A stretch of 55,872 bases of DNA from Syntrophomonadaceae bacterium (lineage in GTDB: Bacteria; Bacillota; Dethiobacteria; DTU022; UBA8154): contig PWRZ01000101.1 in assembly GCA_003563385.1 (NCBI GenBank), positions 1 to 55,872 on the forward strand, given 5' to 3'. The notes beneath the pieces were generated by a model, which was not told the origin of the DNA, made no database searches, and was given only the letters and a program-made list of their open reading frames with translations. This document shows positions 1 through 9,900 of this stretch, piece by piece (the first letter of the stretch is position 1; every line of letters starts with the position of its first letter). The position numbers and the translations under genes are program-made.

Positions 1-658
1 CCATGACGTCATAGATTTCCGGCTTTATGACCAGCTGCATACACATGTTATCTACAATACGGTCTTCAAATTCTATTTCCGGGTAGTCCCTGGCCACGTC
101 GCCGGCCACACTTAAAAAAAGGCCGTCCGTACACTTCATAATATTGGCTTTATGTACCGCTGTAACTTTCCTGCGCCCGTGCTTGCGGGCGTATTCAAAG
201 GCAAAGCGGACAACGCGTTCCGACCCTTTTCGCGTTATAATCTTGATGCTCTCGGCGGCATCATCACCAACCATATGTTCAACCCCGGCATAGAGGTCCT
301 CTGTATTCTCTCTGACCACTACCAGGTCAATATTGTCATAGCGGCTGCGGATGCCGCGGTAAGTTTTTGCCGGCCTCAGGTTTACATAAAGGTCCAGCTC
401 CTTGCGCAGGGCCACATTAACACTGCGAAAGCCGGTGCCCACCGGAGTAGTGAGGGGTCCCTTCAGGGCCACCTTGTTGCGGCGGATTGATGTTAGGACT
501 TCTTCCGGTAACACCCGGCCTTCTTTTTCATACGTCTTCATGCCCGCTTCCACAACTTCCCACCTTATGCCGACACCCGATGCTTTAAGTACCTCCAGGG
601 TTGCCGACGTAAGCTCCGGGCCTGTCCCGTCACCGGGAATCAAGGTAATATTGTACAT
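1..658 (-). CDS. isocitrate/isopropylmalate dehydrogenase family protein (probably NAD-dependent isocitrate dehydrogenase); N-terminal 219 codons, 3' end runs off the window
   Basis: Absent from the ORF track because it is open to position 1. Reverse-strand translation from ATG 658-656 gives [39 protein letters not shown]...[34 protein letters not shown]...[13 protein letters not shown]. This is the beta-decarboxylating dehydrogenase signature. AAGGGGG lies about 8 nt upstream. Confidence 0.8.
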   Translation of the reverse strand, partial: MYNITLIPGDGTGPELTSATLEVLKASGVGIRWEVVEAGMKTYEKEGRVLPEEVLTSIRRNKVALKGPLTTPVGTGFRSVNVALRKELDLYVNLRPAKTYRGIRSRYDNIDLVVVRENTEDLYAGVEHMVGDDAAESIKIITRKGSERVVRFAFEYARKHGRRKVTAVHKANIMKCTDGLFLSVAGDVARDYPEIEFEDRIVDNMCMQLVIKPEIYDVM

Positions 659-679
659 CACTCTACCCCCTTGTGCAGT

Positions 680-1231
680 TTATTGCTCTTCATAAATGAG
701 CCTGTAGAGATTGTAGGCTCTCTCCACTTTCAATACGAAGGCCCGGGTTTCAGGAAAAGGGATACTGCCTATGTTGTCCCTGCTTCCATCCCAGATGCCT
801 TCCTCCAGCCAGCGGCTGACATGCCCCCTTCCACCGTTATAAGCAGCCAGGGCAGCGTAAACATTACCGTTAAACTGCCGCAGCAGATCTACGAGGTACC
901 AGGTGCCGATAGAGATATTGACATGGGGATCAAAAAGTTTTTCCTCTGAATAGTCTTCCAGCCCTATCTGTTCGGCCACCCATATGCCGGTCTGGGGCAT
1001 TACCTGCATCAAACCCCTGGCACCCTTGTTGGACTCCGCATTCTCCCTAAAACCGCTTTCCACCCTTATGACACCCACGACCAGGTACGGCTCGATGCCG
1101 TACTTCCGCGTTTCCTCGTTAATGATATCCCGGTAATGAAAAGGATACACCAGGCGCGCTATATTTTGGAACTGTGTAATAAACAGGTAAAATGCTATAA
1201 GGAAAATAATTAGATAAATCTTTTTGGTCAT
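680..1231 (-). CDS. lytic transglycosylase (SLT domain), membrane anchored
   Basis: N-terminal TM segment (IYLIIFLIAFYLFI). SLT catalytic motif VIRVESGFRENAESNKGARGLMQVMP plus AYNGG. Confidence 0.85.
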   Translation of the reverse strand: MTKKIYLIIFLIAFYLFITQFQNIARLVYPFHYRDIINEETRKYGIEPYLVVGVIRVESGFRENAESNKGARGLMQVMPQTGIWVAEQIGLEDYSEEKLFDPHVNISIGTWYLVDLLRQFNGNVYAALAAYNGGRGHVSRWLEEGIWDGSRDNIGSIPFPETRAFVLKVERAYNLYRLIYEEQ

Positions 1232-1269
1232 CGGCCTACTTTTTTTCAGCAGAAGGCACCTCTCGTTCT

Positions 1270-1872
1270 TTAGGTACGCTTTTTCAACTCATCCCACAGG
1301 CGGTCGACCTGCTCCTGAAGGTCTTTAAAACTGCCGTTATTGTAAATAACCACATCGGCCCTGTTAATTTTGTCCCGCAGGGGAAGCTGTGACTGCAGCC
1401 GCCGGAGGGCTTCCTCCCTGCTCAGTCCATCCCGGTGCATCAACCTCTGGACCTGGTTCTGCTCGGAGGAGGCCACTACTACAATAAGGTCCACCAGGGC
1501 CTCCATCCTTGCTTCAAAAAGGAGAGGGACTTCCCAGACCTGCAGCTTACCTGGGAACTGCTCCTGCAGCCGGCCACTTTTCCTGCAAAACAATTCTATT
1601 ACCCGGGGATGAACTATAGAATTCAACTTCTGCAGGTTTTTACAGTCCCCAAAGACGAGATCCGCTATCCTGCTGCGGTCAAGAGTCCCATCATCCGCGA
1701 CAACGGTATCGCCCAGCCAGGCGGTTATTTCTTCAAAAGCAGGTGTGCCGGGAGAAACCACTTCCCTGGCCAGCTCATCTGCATCTATTAGCAAGGCGCC
1801 CTTTTGGAGCAGCATGCGCGCCACAGTTGATTTACCGCAGGCTATTCCCCCCGTCAAGCCGACACGAAGCAA
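1270..1872 (-). CDS. coaE: dephospho-CoA kinase
   Basis: Starts MLRVGLTGGIACGKST (P-loop). Typical 200-aa CoaE length. Sits in polA-mutM-ytaF-coaE synteny as in Bacillus. Confidence 0.95.
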   Translation of the reverse strand: MLRVGLTGGIACGKSTVARMLLQKGALLIDADELAREVVSPGTPAFEEITAWLGDTVVADDGTLDRSRIADLVFGDCKNLQKLNSIVHPRVIELFCRKSGRLQEQFPGKLQVWEVPLLFEARMEALVDLIVVVASSEQNQVQRLMHRDGLSREEALRRLQSQLPLRDKINRADVVIYNNGSFKDLQEQVDRLWDELKKRT

Positions 1873-1905
1873 ATGCCAAGCACCCTCTCCCGGGATTATT
1901 ACATA

Positions 1906-2574
1906 TCAAAGTATATTAAATATACCCACTAAAATCAACATGCCGCCCGACAGTAAATGGACTGGGAAAGCATTTAATTTATTTCTGGAAAAGCGGCCCC
2001 CCAAAAGACCCAGTTTGAGCAGCATAAACTTGCTCAAACCGACCATTACGGAAGTCAGCCACGGGTCAAAGCCGGCCAGCGCCACCCCGATTCCGGCGGC
2101 AAAAGCATCGCCGGCCAGTGCCAGGCCCAGCAGGAAGGCTTCTTTGCAGTTAATACTTCCGGACCTGTCGAGGTCGGCTTCCTCCGGTTCAACAAGCACC
2201 TTTTTTATAAATGAGAGTAGCCCTTTGCCAGAATGCAGCCGCTTTTCCCCTTTTGAAAAGGGCTGTTCATCTCTTTCAATTTCAAGGGCATTATTCTCCT
2301 CTTCTCCCCCGGCGTTCGCCCCCTGCCAGATAACCCAGCTTCCCAGCGATACCAGGATTACTCCCCCGAACAAGCTGGAAAGCGACACTGAAACATAAGA
2401 GGTAAGTGTCCATCCCAGCAGCATGGACAACGTCATGGCGGCAGCCGATGAAAAGGAGATTATAACCAGAGAGGGAAGGGGAATGCGCAGGTTTCGAGCC
2501 CCATAAGAAAACCCGGCACCGAAGCCGTCGAAGCTTACGGCAGCACAAAGCAGGATTACCTGTAACATGACCAC
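1906..2574 (-). CDS. ytaF: sporulation membrane protein YtaF (MntP-like fold)
   Basis: Polytopic membrane protein with repeated DGFG/GDAF half-domains and an acidic central loop. Its position between mutM and coaE matches B. subtilis ytaF. GTG 2574 or ATG 2568 are possible starts. Confidence 0.75.
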   Translation of the reverse strand: MVMLQVILLCAAVSFDGFGAGFSYGARNLRIPLPSLVIISFSSAAAMTLSMLLGWTLTSYVSVSLSSLFGGVILVSLGSWVIWQGANAGGEEENNALEIERDEQPFSKGEKRLHSGKGLLSFIKKVLVEPEEADLDRSGSINCKEAFLLGLALAGDAFAAGIGVALAGFDPWLTSVMVGLSKFMLLKLGLLGGRFSRNKLNAFPVHLLSGGMLILVGIFNIL

Positions 2575-2647
2575 TGCTAAACCTCCAGCAAAAAGTTACA
2601 CTATACTATGGAGTCAGCAGTGCTTTTTGTGCCTGTCTAGAACATTG

Positions 2648-3475
2648 CTAAGCTTTCTGGCATTCCGGGCAGTAATAAGTCCCCCTGCCTGCCACAACAG
2701 TGCGGCTTATGGAGGCACCGCACAGCAAGCAGGGTTTATCCCTGCGCCGGTAAACCCTGAGACAATCCTGGTATTCGCCTTCACCCCCCCATAAATCCCT
2801 GTAATCTGAAAAGCTGACCCCCCGCTTGCTTATCCCTTCCTGCAGGACAGTGCATATGCACTGGAAAAGCCTCTCCTTTTCTTCCTTCTCCAGGCTGCCC
2901 GCTTTCTTTCCGGGATAAATCCCGGCCCTGAAGAGGGCTTCATCGGTATATATATTTCCCATCCCCGCTATGCTTTCCTGGTCCAGGAGCAGGGATTTTA
3001 TCCTGCACCGCGGTCTCTTTTTCAGTATTTTGTCAAAAACATCCCTGTCAAAGCGCTCCTCCAGGGGGTCAACACCGCGCTGAAGTGAAGCCGCGTTTGC
3101 CTCCTCGCCCTTATGCCACAGCCTGAAAGTGCCGAACTTGCGCATGTCTTCAAAGTGCAGGCTTTCACCGCCTTGCAGAAAAAAGACGGCCCTGGTGTGC
3201 CTGCCCGCCCCGGAATCCCCGGGCAGGTAAACAAACCGCCCCGTCATGCGCAGGTGCACCTCCAGGAAGCTCCCTTCGTGCAAAAAAAAGAAAATGTATT
3301 TACCCCTTCGCTTAACATCGGTGACTATTTTCCCGACGAGACGTTCACGGAAGCGCTCTTCTGTTATACCGCGCAGCATGGCGGGGGAAATAAGCTGCCC
3401 CTCCATTATTCGCTTCCCCGCCAGGCATCTTCTCAGGCTTCTTACTATACATTCTACCTCTGGAAGTTCGGGCAC
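2648..3475 (-). CDS. mutM: formamidopyrimidine-DNA glycosylase (Fpg/MutM)
   Basis: PELPEVE N-terminus and a C-terminal zinc finger CLLCGASISRTVVAGRGTYYCPECQ. The start is set to GTG 3475-3473 because Fpg needs Pro2 as its catalytic N-terminus. The track ORF (to 3526) would overlap polA. Confidence 0.92.
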   Translation of the reverse strand: MPELPEVECIVRSLRRCLAGKRIMEGQLISPAMLRGITEERFRERLVGKIVTDVKRRGKYIFFFLHEGSFLEVHLRMTGRFVYLPGDSGAGRHTRAVFFLQGGESLHFEDMRKFGTFRLWHKGEEANAASLQRGVDPLEERFDRDVFDKILKKRPRCRIKSLLLDQESIAGMGNIYTDEALFRAGIYPGKKAGSLEKEEKERLFQCICTVLQEGISKRGVSFSDYRDLWGGEGEYQDCLRVYRRRDKPCLLCGASISRTVVAGRGTYYCPECQKA

Positions 3476-3482
3476 AGGCGTG

Positions 3483-6233
3483 TTAGCCCCTTTCATAGGG
3501 TTGCATATGATACCAGTCTTCTCCAACTTTCAAGTCTACCTTCAACGGCACTGCAAAAGAATAAACGCCTTCCATCAAGTTTTTGACCATGACGGCAACC
3601 TCCTCCAGCTCTTTTAGGGGCAGCTCAAAAATAAGTTCATCGTGTACCTGAAGCAGCATTGCAGCCAGCAAGGCCTTCTCGCTCAGCTCCCTGTCGATCG
3701 AAACCATGGCCGCCTTGATAACGTCCGCGGCAGAACCCTGAATAGGGGTGTTCAAGGCCATGCGTTCGGCAAAGCTTCTCCTGGAATAATTGGGATGGTT
3801 GATTTCGGGCAGGTAGCGTCTCCTGTTCATGACCGTGGTCACGTAGCCTTTTTGGCGCGCCGCAGCTATACACCGCTCCATGTATTCCTTAACCCCGGCA
3901 TATTGCTGCAGGTAGCTGTCGATATATTTACGGGCCTCCGCTCTTGGGATGGCCAGGTCCTGTGAAAGGCCGTAATCGCTGATACCGTAAACAATCCCAA
4001 AATTAACGGCCTTGGCCCTGCCCCGCATCAAGGGAGTAACTTCATCTATGGGAACGTTAAAAACCTCCGCCGCCGTCCGCGTGTGTATGTCCTGCTCCTT
4101 TTGAAAAGCATCAATTAAGCCCTCATCTTCGGAGAGGTGGGCCAGGATGCGCAGCTCTATCTGCGAGTAGTCTGCCGAAAGAAGAACATATCCCTCATGT
4201 GAAGGTGTAAATGCCTCTCTTAACCTGCGCCCCTCTTCGAGCTTTACAGGAATGTTCTGCAGGTTGGGATCGCTGCTGCTCAGACGGCCCGTAGCAGTAA
4301 CAGTCTGGTTAAAAGAGGTATGGATCTTGCCGGTGCGCCGGTCTATAAGTGCCTGCAAACCCTGCAGGTATGTTGTTTTGATCTTGGATACGGTCCGGTA
4401 TTGTAAAAGCCTGGCCGCAATAGGGTGGCATGAGGAGAGTTCCTGCAGCACGCGGGCATCCGTGGAGTAGCCCGTTTTGATACGCCTGACCGCAGGGAGT
4501 TTTAGTTTTTCGAATAAGATATAGCTCAGCTGTTTCGGCGAGTTGAGGTTGAATCGTTCTCCGGCCAGCTCATAAATCTCCTTCTCCAGTACGAGCATGC
4601 TCTCGTCCATTTCGGAGGCCAGCTTCTCCAGGACAGCGCTGTTAACCCGGATGCCCCTTAGTTCCATCCGCGCCAAAACTTCCACAAGAGGCAGCTCCAG
4701 GTCGTAATAGAGAGCTGCCAGATCTCTTTCCTGCAGGATCTCCTGCAGCTTTTTCTGCAGCTGAAACAGGTCTCTGGCACAGCCGCCCAGGTAGAGCATC
4801 TGCTCCTTTTCGCCGGCTATCCCCGGCCGGTCCTTCCCGGGAAGGGAACAAGAAAGGCCGGCATAATCTGCACAGATCTCCGCAAGGGGGTAATTGGAAC
4901 GGTCCGGCTCAACCAGGTACGCAGCCAGCAGGGTATCAAAAAAGGAGCAGTCAACGCGGGCTTCCTTTTTAATAAGGCTTTTCATTAAAGGCTTCAGGTC
5001 GTGGGTAATAGCAAAAAGCTCTCCATCTTCAAAGAGCACCTTTATTTTCTGCAGAGCTTCAGAAAGCGACAGCGCCCCTTCCTCCGGGAAAACGTAGCTT
5101 GTGTCAACTCCTTCTGCCGCACAGACCAGGCACGGAAATTGTACGCTAAGGCCGTCATTAAAAAGAACAGAGAAGGAGCCCGCCTGGCGTGCCTTTTTAA
5201 CAAAATCATGCAGCTGACTTAACTGCTCAACCAGGACAACATTGCCGTCTCTGTCATTTTGTTCTTCAAAGAGCGTACCCTGGCTGCAAGGCCCCGCCTG
5301 CCGTTCCGCCTGGCTGCCGGCTTCTTTTTCCTTTAGGGCCTTCAGCTCAGGGATTTTTTCGATAATACTGCTAAATTGCAGTCTCGAAAAAACGGCGTAG
5401 AGCCGGTACCAGTCCGGCTTCCTGTAACGGCAGTGCTCGAGGTTAAAATCGATGGGAACATTCTTATTTATGGACACCAGCTCTTTGCCCAACAGGGCCT
5501 GCCCGCCGTACTGGAGGATGTTTTCCCCCACCTTTCCGGGCATCTTTTCGGCATCCTGAAGTACGTTTTCCAGGGAACTGTATTCTCTTAACAGCTGCAG
5601 GGCCCTTTTTTCACCGATGCCGGGGACACCGGGAATGTTGTCGGAACTGTCTCCCCGCAGCGCCTTGTAATCTATCCACTGCCGGGGATCAAGGCCGTAA
5701 CGCTTCCTGAACTCTTCCAAGCCGAATTCTTCAAGCTCGCTGATGCCCTTTCGTGTTATTAAAACCCTGGCGCGCTCGGTAATCAGCTGGTAGGCGTCTG
5801 CATCCGCGGTGACGATCAGGGAAAGGAGTCCGGCAGCTTCGCCGCTGCTGCTGAAAGTGCCGATAAGGTCGTCCGCTTCATATCCCTCCATTTCAAAAAC
5901 AGGCACATTAAACGCGAGCAGTATTTCCTTGATCAGCGGCAGCTGCTCGCTCAGCTCGGGAGGGGTTTTTTCCCTGGTAGCCTTATACTGTGCGTACCGG
6001 GAATGCCTGAAAGTCGGTGCCGGGTAATCAAAAGCGGCGGCCATGTAAGAGGGAGATTCGTCGCGGGCAAGGCGCAGGAGCATGTTCGTAAAACCGAGCA
6101 CTGCATTCGTGTGCAGGCCGTCCCCGGTTTTGAGCTCCAGCGGCAGGGCATAGAAAGCCCTGTAAGCAAGGCTGTGACCGTCCAGGATAATAAATTTGTC
6201 CTCCTCTATGCCGTGCATGCGGGCAACCCTCAT
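3483..6233 (-). CDS. polA: DNA polymerase I
   Basis: 916 aa. 5' nuclease LDGHSLAYRAFYA and GDSSDNIPGVPGIGEKRA. Pol motifs DYSQIELRILAH, RRSFAERMALNTPIQGSAAD and QVHDELIFE. An alternative start is ATG 6218, with GAGGG 8 nt upstream. Confidence 0.97.
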   Translation of the reverse strand: MRVARMHGIEEDKFIILDGHSLAYRAFYALPLELKTGDGLHTNAVLGFTNMLLRLARDESPSYMAAAFDYPAPTFRHSRYAQYKATREKTPPELSEQLPLIKEILLAFNVPVFEMEGYEADDLIGTFSSSGEAAGLLSLIVTADADAYQLITERARVLITRKGISELEEFGLEEFRKRYGLDPRQWIDYKALRGDSSDNIPGVPGIGEKRALQLLREYSSLENVLQDAEKMPGKVGENILQYGGQALLGKELVSINKNVPIDFNLEHCRYRKPDWYRLYAVFSRLQFSSIIEKIPELKALKEKEAGSQAERQAGPCSQGTLFEEQNDRDGNVVLVEQLSQLHDFVKKARQAGSFSVLFNDGLSVQFPCLVCAAEGVDTSYVFPEEGALSLSEALQKIKVLFEDGELFAITHDLKPLMKSLIKKEARVDCSFFDTLLAAYLVEPDRSNYPLAEICADYAGLSCSLPGKDRPGIAGEKEQMLYLGGCARDLFQLQKKLQEILQERDLAALYYDLELPLVEVLARMELRGIRVNSAVLEKLASEMDESMLVLEKEIYELAGERFNLNSPKQLSYILFEKLKLPAVRRIKTGYSTDARVLQELSSCHPIAARLLQYRTVSKIKTTYLQGLQALIDRRTGKIHTSFNQTVTATGRLSSSDPNLQNIPVKLEEGRRLREAFTPSHEGYVLLSADYSQIELRILAHLSEDEGLIDAFQKEQDIHTRTAAEVFNVPIDEVTPLMRGRAKAVNFGIVYGISDYGLSQDLAIPRAEARKYIDSYLQQYAGVKEYMERCIAAARQKGYVTTVMNRRRYLPEINHPNYSRRSFAERMALNTPIQGSAADVIKAAMVSIDRELSEKALLAAMLLQVHDELIFELPLKELEEVAVMVKNLMEGVYSFAVPLKVDLKVGEDWYHMQPYERG

Positions 6234-6264
6234 TTAGATATGATACCGCCTTTTGTGACACTTC

Positions 6265-6293
6265 ATTATACCACCTGGCGGTCCGCCATAACA
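6265..6293 (-). promoter_or_regulatory. candidate sigma-A promoter for polA with extended -10
   Basis: Minus strand reads TGTTAT - 17 nt - (TGg)TATAAT. The -10 lies at 6270-6265 and the -35-like element at 6293-6288. It sits immediately downstream of the rib terminator. Confidence 0.45.
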
Positions 6294-6301
6294 GCGCTAA
6301 T

Positions 6302-6332
6302 GAAAAAAGGAGCAAGAACAATCTCCTGCTCC
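6302..6332 (-). terminator. rho-independent terminator after ribH
   Basis: Minus strand GGAGCAGGA-gattgt-TCTTGCTCC (9-bp stem with one G-U pair) followed by TTTTTTC. It starts 23 nt after the ribH stop. Confidence 0.6.
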
Positions 6333-6354
6333 GGGCAAAGGCCTCTAAATTAAT

Positions 6355-6840
6355 TTACACTATCTGCTGCAGCAGGTTGACCATCTCTATGGCCCCAAGC
6401 GCCGCATCCCATCCCTTGTTGCCCGCCTTGGAACCGGCCCTTTCGATGGCCTGCTCCAGTGTATCGCTTGTAACCACGCCAAACATCACCGGCATTTCCG
6501 TTTCCAGGCCTACCACGGCGATCCCCTTGGCTACTTCAGAAGCGACATATTCAAAATGGGGGGTGTCACCCCTGATTATCGCTCCCAGGCAGACTACGGC
6601 ATCGAAACGCCCGCATCTAGCCATCTTTTTGGCGGCAAGCGGTATCTCAAAAGAACCGGGCACCCAGAATATTTCGATATCCTCTTCCCTGCAGTCATGC
6701 CTCTTTAAAGCGTCCAGCGCTCCCGTGAGCAGTTTTGCGGAAATAAATTCGTTAAAGCGGCTGATAACCAGCCCGAAGCGAAAGCCCTTTGCACTGAGGT
6801 GACCCTCATGCTGCTTGACCAATATAGACACCGCCTTCAC
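6355..6840 (-). CDS. ribH: 6,7-dimethyl-8-ribityllumazine synthase
   Basis: 161 aa with [27 protein letters not shown] and [12 protein letters not shown]. Its GTG start overlaps the ribBA stop (GTGA). Confidence 0.95.
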   Translation of the reverse strand: MKAVSILVKQHEGHLSAKGFRFGLVISRFNEFISAKLLTGALDALKRHDCREEDIEIFWVPGSFEIPLAAKKMARCGRFDAVVCLGAIIRGDTPHFEYVASEVAKGIAVVGLETEMPVMFGVVTSDTLEQAIERAGSKAGNKGWDAALGAIEMVNLLQQIV

Positions 6841-8069
6841 TTGGATTTTTCACTGCTGTCCATTGTTTCACAGTTTAAAATGTGCCCCAATTTATCTTTT
6901 TTAGCCTTTAAATAGCGCCTGTTATAAATACTGGGAACAACTTCAAGCGGCACGCGCTCCACTATGGCCAGGCCGTAACCCTCCAGCCCTTTGAGCTTGC
7001 GGGGGTTGTTGGTCAGCAGGCGCATTTTACCTATTCCCAGGTCCACCAGTATCTGCGCGCCGACACCGTAATCGCGCAGGTCGGGCGGGAAACCGAGCAC
7101 CTCGTTGGCCTCCACGGTGTCCTTCCCGCAGTCCTGCAGGTGGTAAGCCCTGATCTTGTTCAGCAGGCCGATCCCGCGTCCCTCCTGGCGCATGTAGACA
7201 ATGACCCCGCAGCCTTCGTCGCTGATCTTCTTCATGGCCTGGTTAAGCTGTTTGCCACAGTCACAGCGCAGCGAGCCAAGGACATCGCCTGTAAGACATT
7301 CAGAATGCACCCTTACCAGTACCGGCTTGTCCGGCTCAATTTTGCCCATTACCAGTGCCAGGTGGGTCTTCTCGTCCACGGAGTTGTCGTAGGCATAAAG
7401 GGTAAATTCTCCGTAAGGAGTGGGCAGTGTCGCTTCGGCCGCTTTCCAGACCAGCTTTTCCTTGGTAATGCGATACTGGATGAGGTCCGCTATGGTTATG
7501 ATTTTCATCCCGTGCCTGTCAATAAACTGCATCAACTCCGGCACCCTGGCCATGGTCCCGTCTTCATCCATGATTTCACATATAACACCGGCGGGATAAA
7601 GACCGGCCAGCTTGGCCAGGTCAATTGCCGCTTCCGTGTGCCCGGCCCGGCGCAGCACTCCCCCTTCTTTTGCCCGCAGGGGAAATATGTGACCGGGGCG
7701 GTTAAAATCCCCCGGCCCCGCTGCCGGGTCAATAAGCTTTTGTATGGTCATGGCCCGCTCAAAAGCGGAAATACCGGTGGTGGTACCTCTGGCATCGACA
7801 GACACAGTAAAAGCGGTATCATGACTGTCGGTGCTGTGGGTGACCATCAGCGGCAAATCAAGCTCCTCGATTCGCTGCGGAGTAAGGGAAACACATACCA
7901 GTCCCCGCCCGAAGCGGGTCATGAAATTGACCGTTTCGGGAGTGGCCATTTCTGCGGCCATGACCAGGTCACCTTCATTCTCCCTGTCCTCGTCGTCCAC
8001 CACAACAACCATGTTCCCTTTTTTCAATTCCTCGATAGCTTCCTCTATGCTGTTAAAATTCTCCGGCAA
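6837..8069 (-). CDS. ribBA: bifunctional 3,4-dihydroxy-2-butanone-4-phosphate synthase / GTP cyclohydrolase II
   Basis: DHBP synthase motif [12 protein letters not shown]...[15 protein letters not shown] motif [24 protein letters not shown]...[10 protein letters not shown]. Confidence 0.95.
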   Translation of the reverse strand: MPENFNSIEEAIEELKKGNMVVVVDDEDRENEGDLVMAAEMATPETVNFMTRFGRGLVCVSLTPQRIEELDLPLMVTHSTDSHDTAFTVSVDARGTTTGISAFERAMTIQKLIDPAAGPGDFNRPGHIFPLRAKEGGVLRRAGHTEAAIDLAKLAGLYPAGVICEIMDEDGTMARVPELMQFIDRHGMKIITIADLIQYRITKEKLVWKAAEATLPTPYGEFTLYAYDNSVDEKTHLALVMGKIEPDKPVLVRVHSECLTGDVLGSLRCDCGKQLNQAMKKISDEGCGVIVYMRQEGRGIGLLNKIRAYHLQDCGKDTVEANEVLGFPPDLRDYGVGAQILVDLGIGKMRLLTNNPRKLKGLEGYGLAIVERVPLEVVPSIYNRRYLKAKKDKLGHILNCETMDSSEKSK

Positions 8070-8083
8070 CTTGTTTCCCCCTC

Positions 8084-8734
8084 CTATAAAAAGCCCTTTT
8101 CCTCCAGCTGCCTATAAGTCACTCCCCGGCCCATTTCTTTCGGGTAGGTCTTCCCCAGTATTTTCTCCACGTACTTTACCAGCATATCCGCCTCCAGGTT
8201 TACCGTGTCCCCCCTGCCCCTGTACCCCAGCGTGGTGCCCTTTGCCGTGTGCGGTATGATAGAAACGCTGAAAGCATCTGCCTCTACGCTGACAACGGTC
8301 AGGCTGACACCGTCAACGGCAACGGAACCTCTCTCCACGAGATAGCGCAGTACCTGCTCCGGGGCCTGGAAGCTCATCACAAGGGCGTTGCCTTCCCTTT
8401 TAATGCTTTTTGTCTCCCCGGTCCCGTCTATATGCCCGCTTACAAAGTGACCGCCTATGCGCCCGCCTGCCGGCAGAGCTCTTTCCAGGTTGACCCTGTC
8501 ACCTCTTTTTAACCCTGTTAGGTTCGTTTTACGCAGTGTTTCGGGCATTACCTCCGCCGAAAAAGCTCCCCGGTAGAGCTCCGCTACGGTAAGGCATATT
8601 CCATTAACCGCTATGCTGTCACCCAGGGCAAGGTCGCCGAGCACCCTGTCTCCTTTAATTTTCAAATATATGCCTTCATTATGATGTTGCCGAGCTAATA
8701 CTTCCCCCATCTCTTCCACTATCCCTGTGAACAA
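8084..8734 (-). CDS. ribE: riboflavin synthase alpha subunit
   Basis: Canonical [12 protein letters not shown] start, an internal repeat ([13 protein letters not shown] / [12 protein letters not shown]) and IPHT. Confidence 0.93.
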   Translation of the reverse strand: MFTGIVEEMGEVLARQHHNEGIYLKIKGDRVLGDLALGDSIAVNGICLTVAELYRGAFSAEVMPETLRKTNLTGLKRGDRVNLERALPAGGRIGGHFVSGHIDGTGETKSIKREGNALVMSFQAPEQVLRYLVERGSVAVDGVSLTVVSVEADAFSVSIIPHTAKGTTLGYRGRGDTVNLEADMLVKYVEKILGKTYPKEMGRGVTYRQLEEKGFL

Positions 8735-9842
8735 CTTCTTCCCTCCTCACAGGGTAACCGATAATTAACAAATCACCCTCCAGCTGTTTCAATTCCACGT
8801 TTTCAACAACCCAGCCTTCACCGGGCTCTCCTACACCCCTTCCCTCGAAAGGAGTAAAAGCTTTCTCGCCGCCAAAAATGAGGGGTGCTACAAAAAAATA
8901 GATCTTGTCGACTAGATTTTCCTCCAGAAGGGAGTAATTCAGTGTCCCCCCGCCTTCCACCAGCAGTATGCTGATCTCCCTCTCCCCCAGTGCCAGCATC
9001 AGTGAACGCAGGTCAACCCTTCCGTTTTTGGAAGGAAGCATTAAGACCTCCACCCCGCAGTCTTTGAGGACCTCCAGTTTATCGGCGGGGGCCAGTTCAG
9101 TGGTGGCCAGGAGCGTTTTGGGATGCTCTGCCGAGCGGGCCAGGTTCGAATCGGCAGGCAACCTGCACCTGCTATCTACAATAACCCGCAGCGGGCTTGC
9201 CCCTTTTTCTCCATCCAGCCTCACTGTAAGGCGGGGATCGTCATTAAGCACGGTATTGATACCGACCATAACCCCGTCAGACATAGAGCGCAACCTGTGT
9301 ACAAGCTGGCGGGACTTTTCACCGCTGATCCAGCGTGATTTGCCATCAGCGGTGGCGATTTTACCGTCCATGGTCATGGCCACCTTAACAACCACAAAAG
9401 GAATCCTGCTGGTAATATACTTAAAAAAAACCTCGTTCAACCGGCGCGCTTTTTCCTCCAGGACTCCGACTTTTATCTTAATACCTGCCTCCTGAAGCCT
9501 GCGGATACCCCGCCCGGAAACAAGCGGGTTGTCATCAATAGTAGCTATGACTACTTTACGCGGGCCGGCCTCGATAATGGCATCCACACATGGCGGGGTT
9601 CTCCCTTGATGAACACAGGGTTCAAGATTAACATAAAGCGTAGCCCCTTTTGCCTTTTCACCCGCTTCACGCAAGGCGGCAATTTCGGCGTGTTCGCTTC
9701 CGGCTTTGCGGTGATACCCCGTTCCTACAACCTCCGTGTCTTTGACCACGACTGCACCGACCATTGGATTGGGATTGGTCTTGCCCAGTCCCCGGCGGGC
9801 AAGGTCAAGAGACATCCACATGTATCGTTCGTCGAGTTCCAT
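8679..9842 (-). CDS. ribD: bifunctional diaminohydroxyphosphoribosylaminopyrimidine deaminase / 5-amino-6-(5-phosphoribosylamino)uracil reductase
   Basis: Deaminase zinc motif HAEIAAL...PCVHQGRTPPC. The reductase half has VKVAMTMDGKIA. Its 3' end overlaps ribE by 56 nt. Confidence 0.93.
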   Translation of the reverse strand: MELDERYMWMSLDLARRGLGKTNPNPMVGAVVVKDTEVVGTGYHRKAGSEHAEIAALREAGEKAKGATLYVNLEPCVHQGRTPPCVDAIIEAGPRKVVIATIDDNPLVSGRGIRRLQEAGIKIKVGVLEEKARRLNEVFFKYITSRIPFVVVKVAMTMDGKIATADGKSRWISGEKSRQLVHRLRSMSDGVMVGINTVLNDDPRLTVRLDGEKGASPLRVIVDSRCRLPADSNLARSAEHPKTLLATTELAPADKLEVLKDCGVEVLMLPSKNGRVDLRSLMLALGEREISILLVEGGGTLNYSLLEENLVDKIYFFVAPLIFGGEKAFTPFEGRGVGEPGEGWVVENVELKQLEGDLLIIGYPVRREEVVHRDSGRDGGSISSATS

Positions 9843-9875
9843 CTAGATATCATCACCTCTTGAACTCTTTAAATC

Positions 9876-9884
9876 ATTATATCA
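9876..9884 (-). promoter_or_regulatory. candidate extended -10 promoter element for the rib operon
   Basis: Minus strand TGATATAAT (TGnTATAAT) lies about 34 nt upstream of the ribD ATG, inside the 58-nt rpe-ribD spacer. Only a weak -35 (TTAATT at 17 nt) is present. Confidence 0.4.
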
Positions 9885-9900
9885 TATACTACACTTTTAA

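Noticed and set aside
1745-2398. A 217-aa plus-strand ORF spanning coaE and ytaF. Similar long antisense ORFs occur at 19344-20078, 26699-27355 and 27769-28440.
   Set aside because: All are low-complexity mirror-frame ORFs nested in strongly supported genes. None has a start context or family resemblance.
7140-8117. A 325-aa plus-strand ORF antisense to ribBA.
   Set aside because: It lies entirely inside a well-supported gene, in the mirror frame. The product is low-complexity (Pro/Gly/His-rich) and has no SD. Long stop-free antisense frames are expected opposite GC-rich, Gly/Ala/Val-rich coding sequence.
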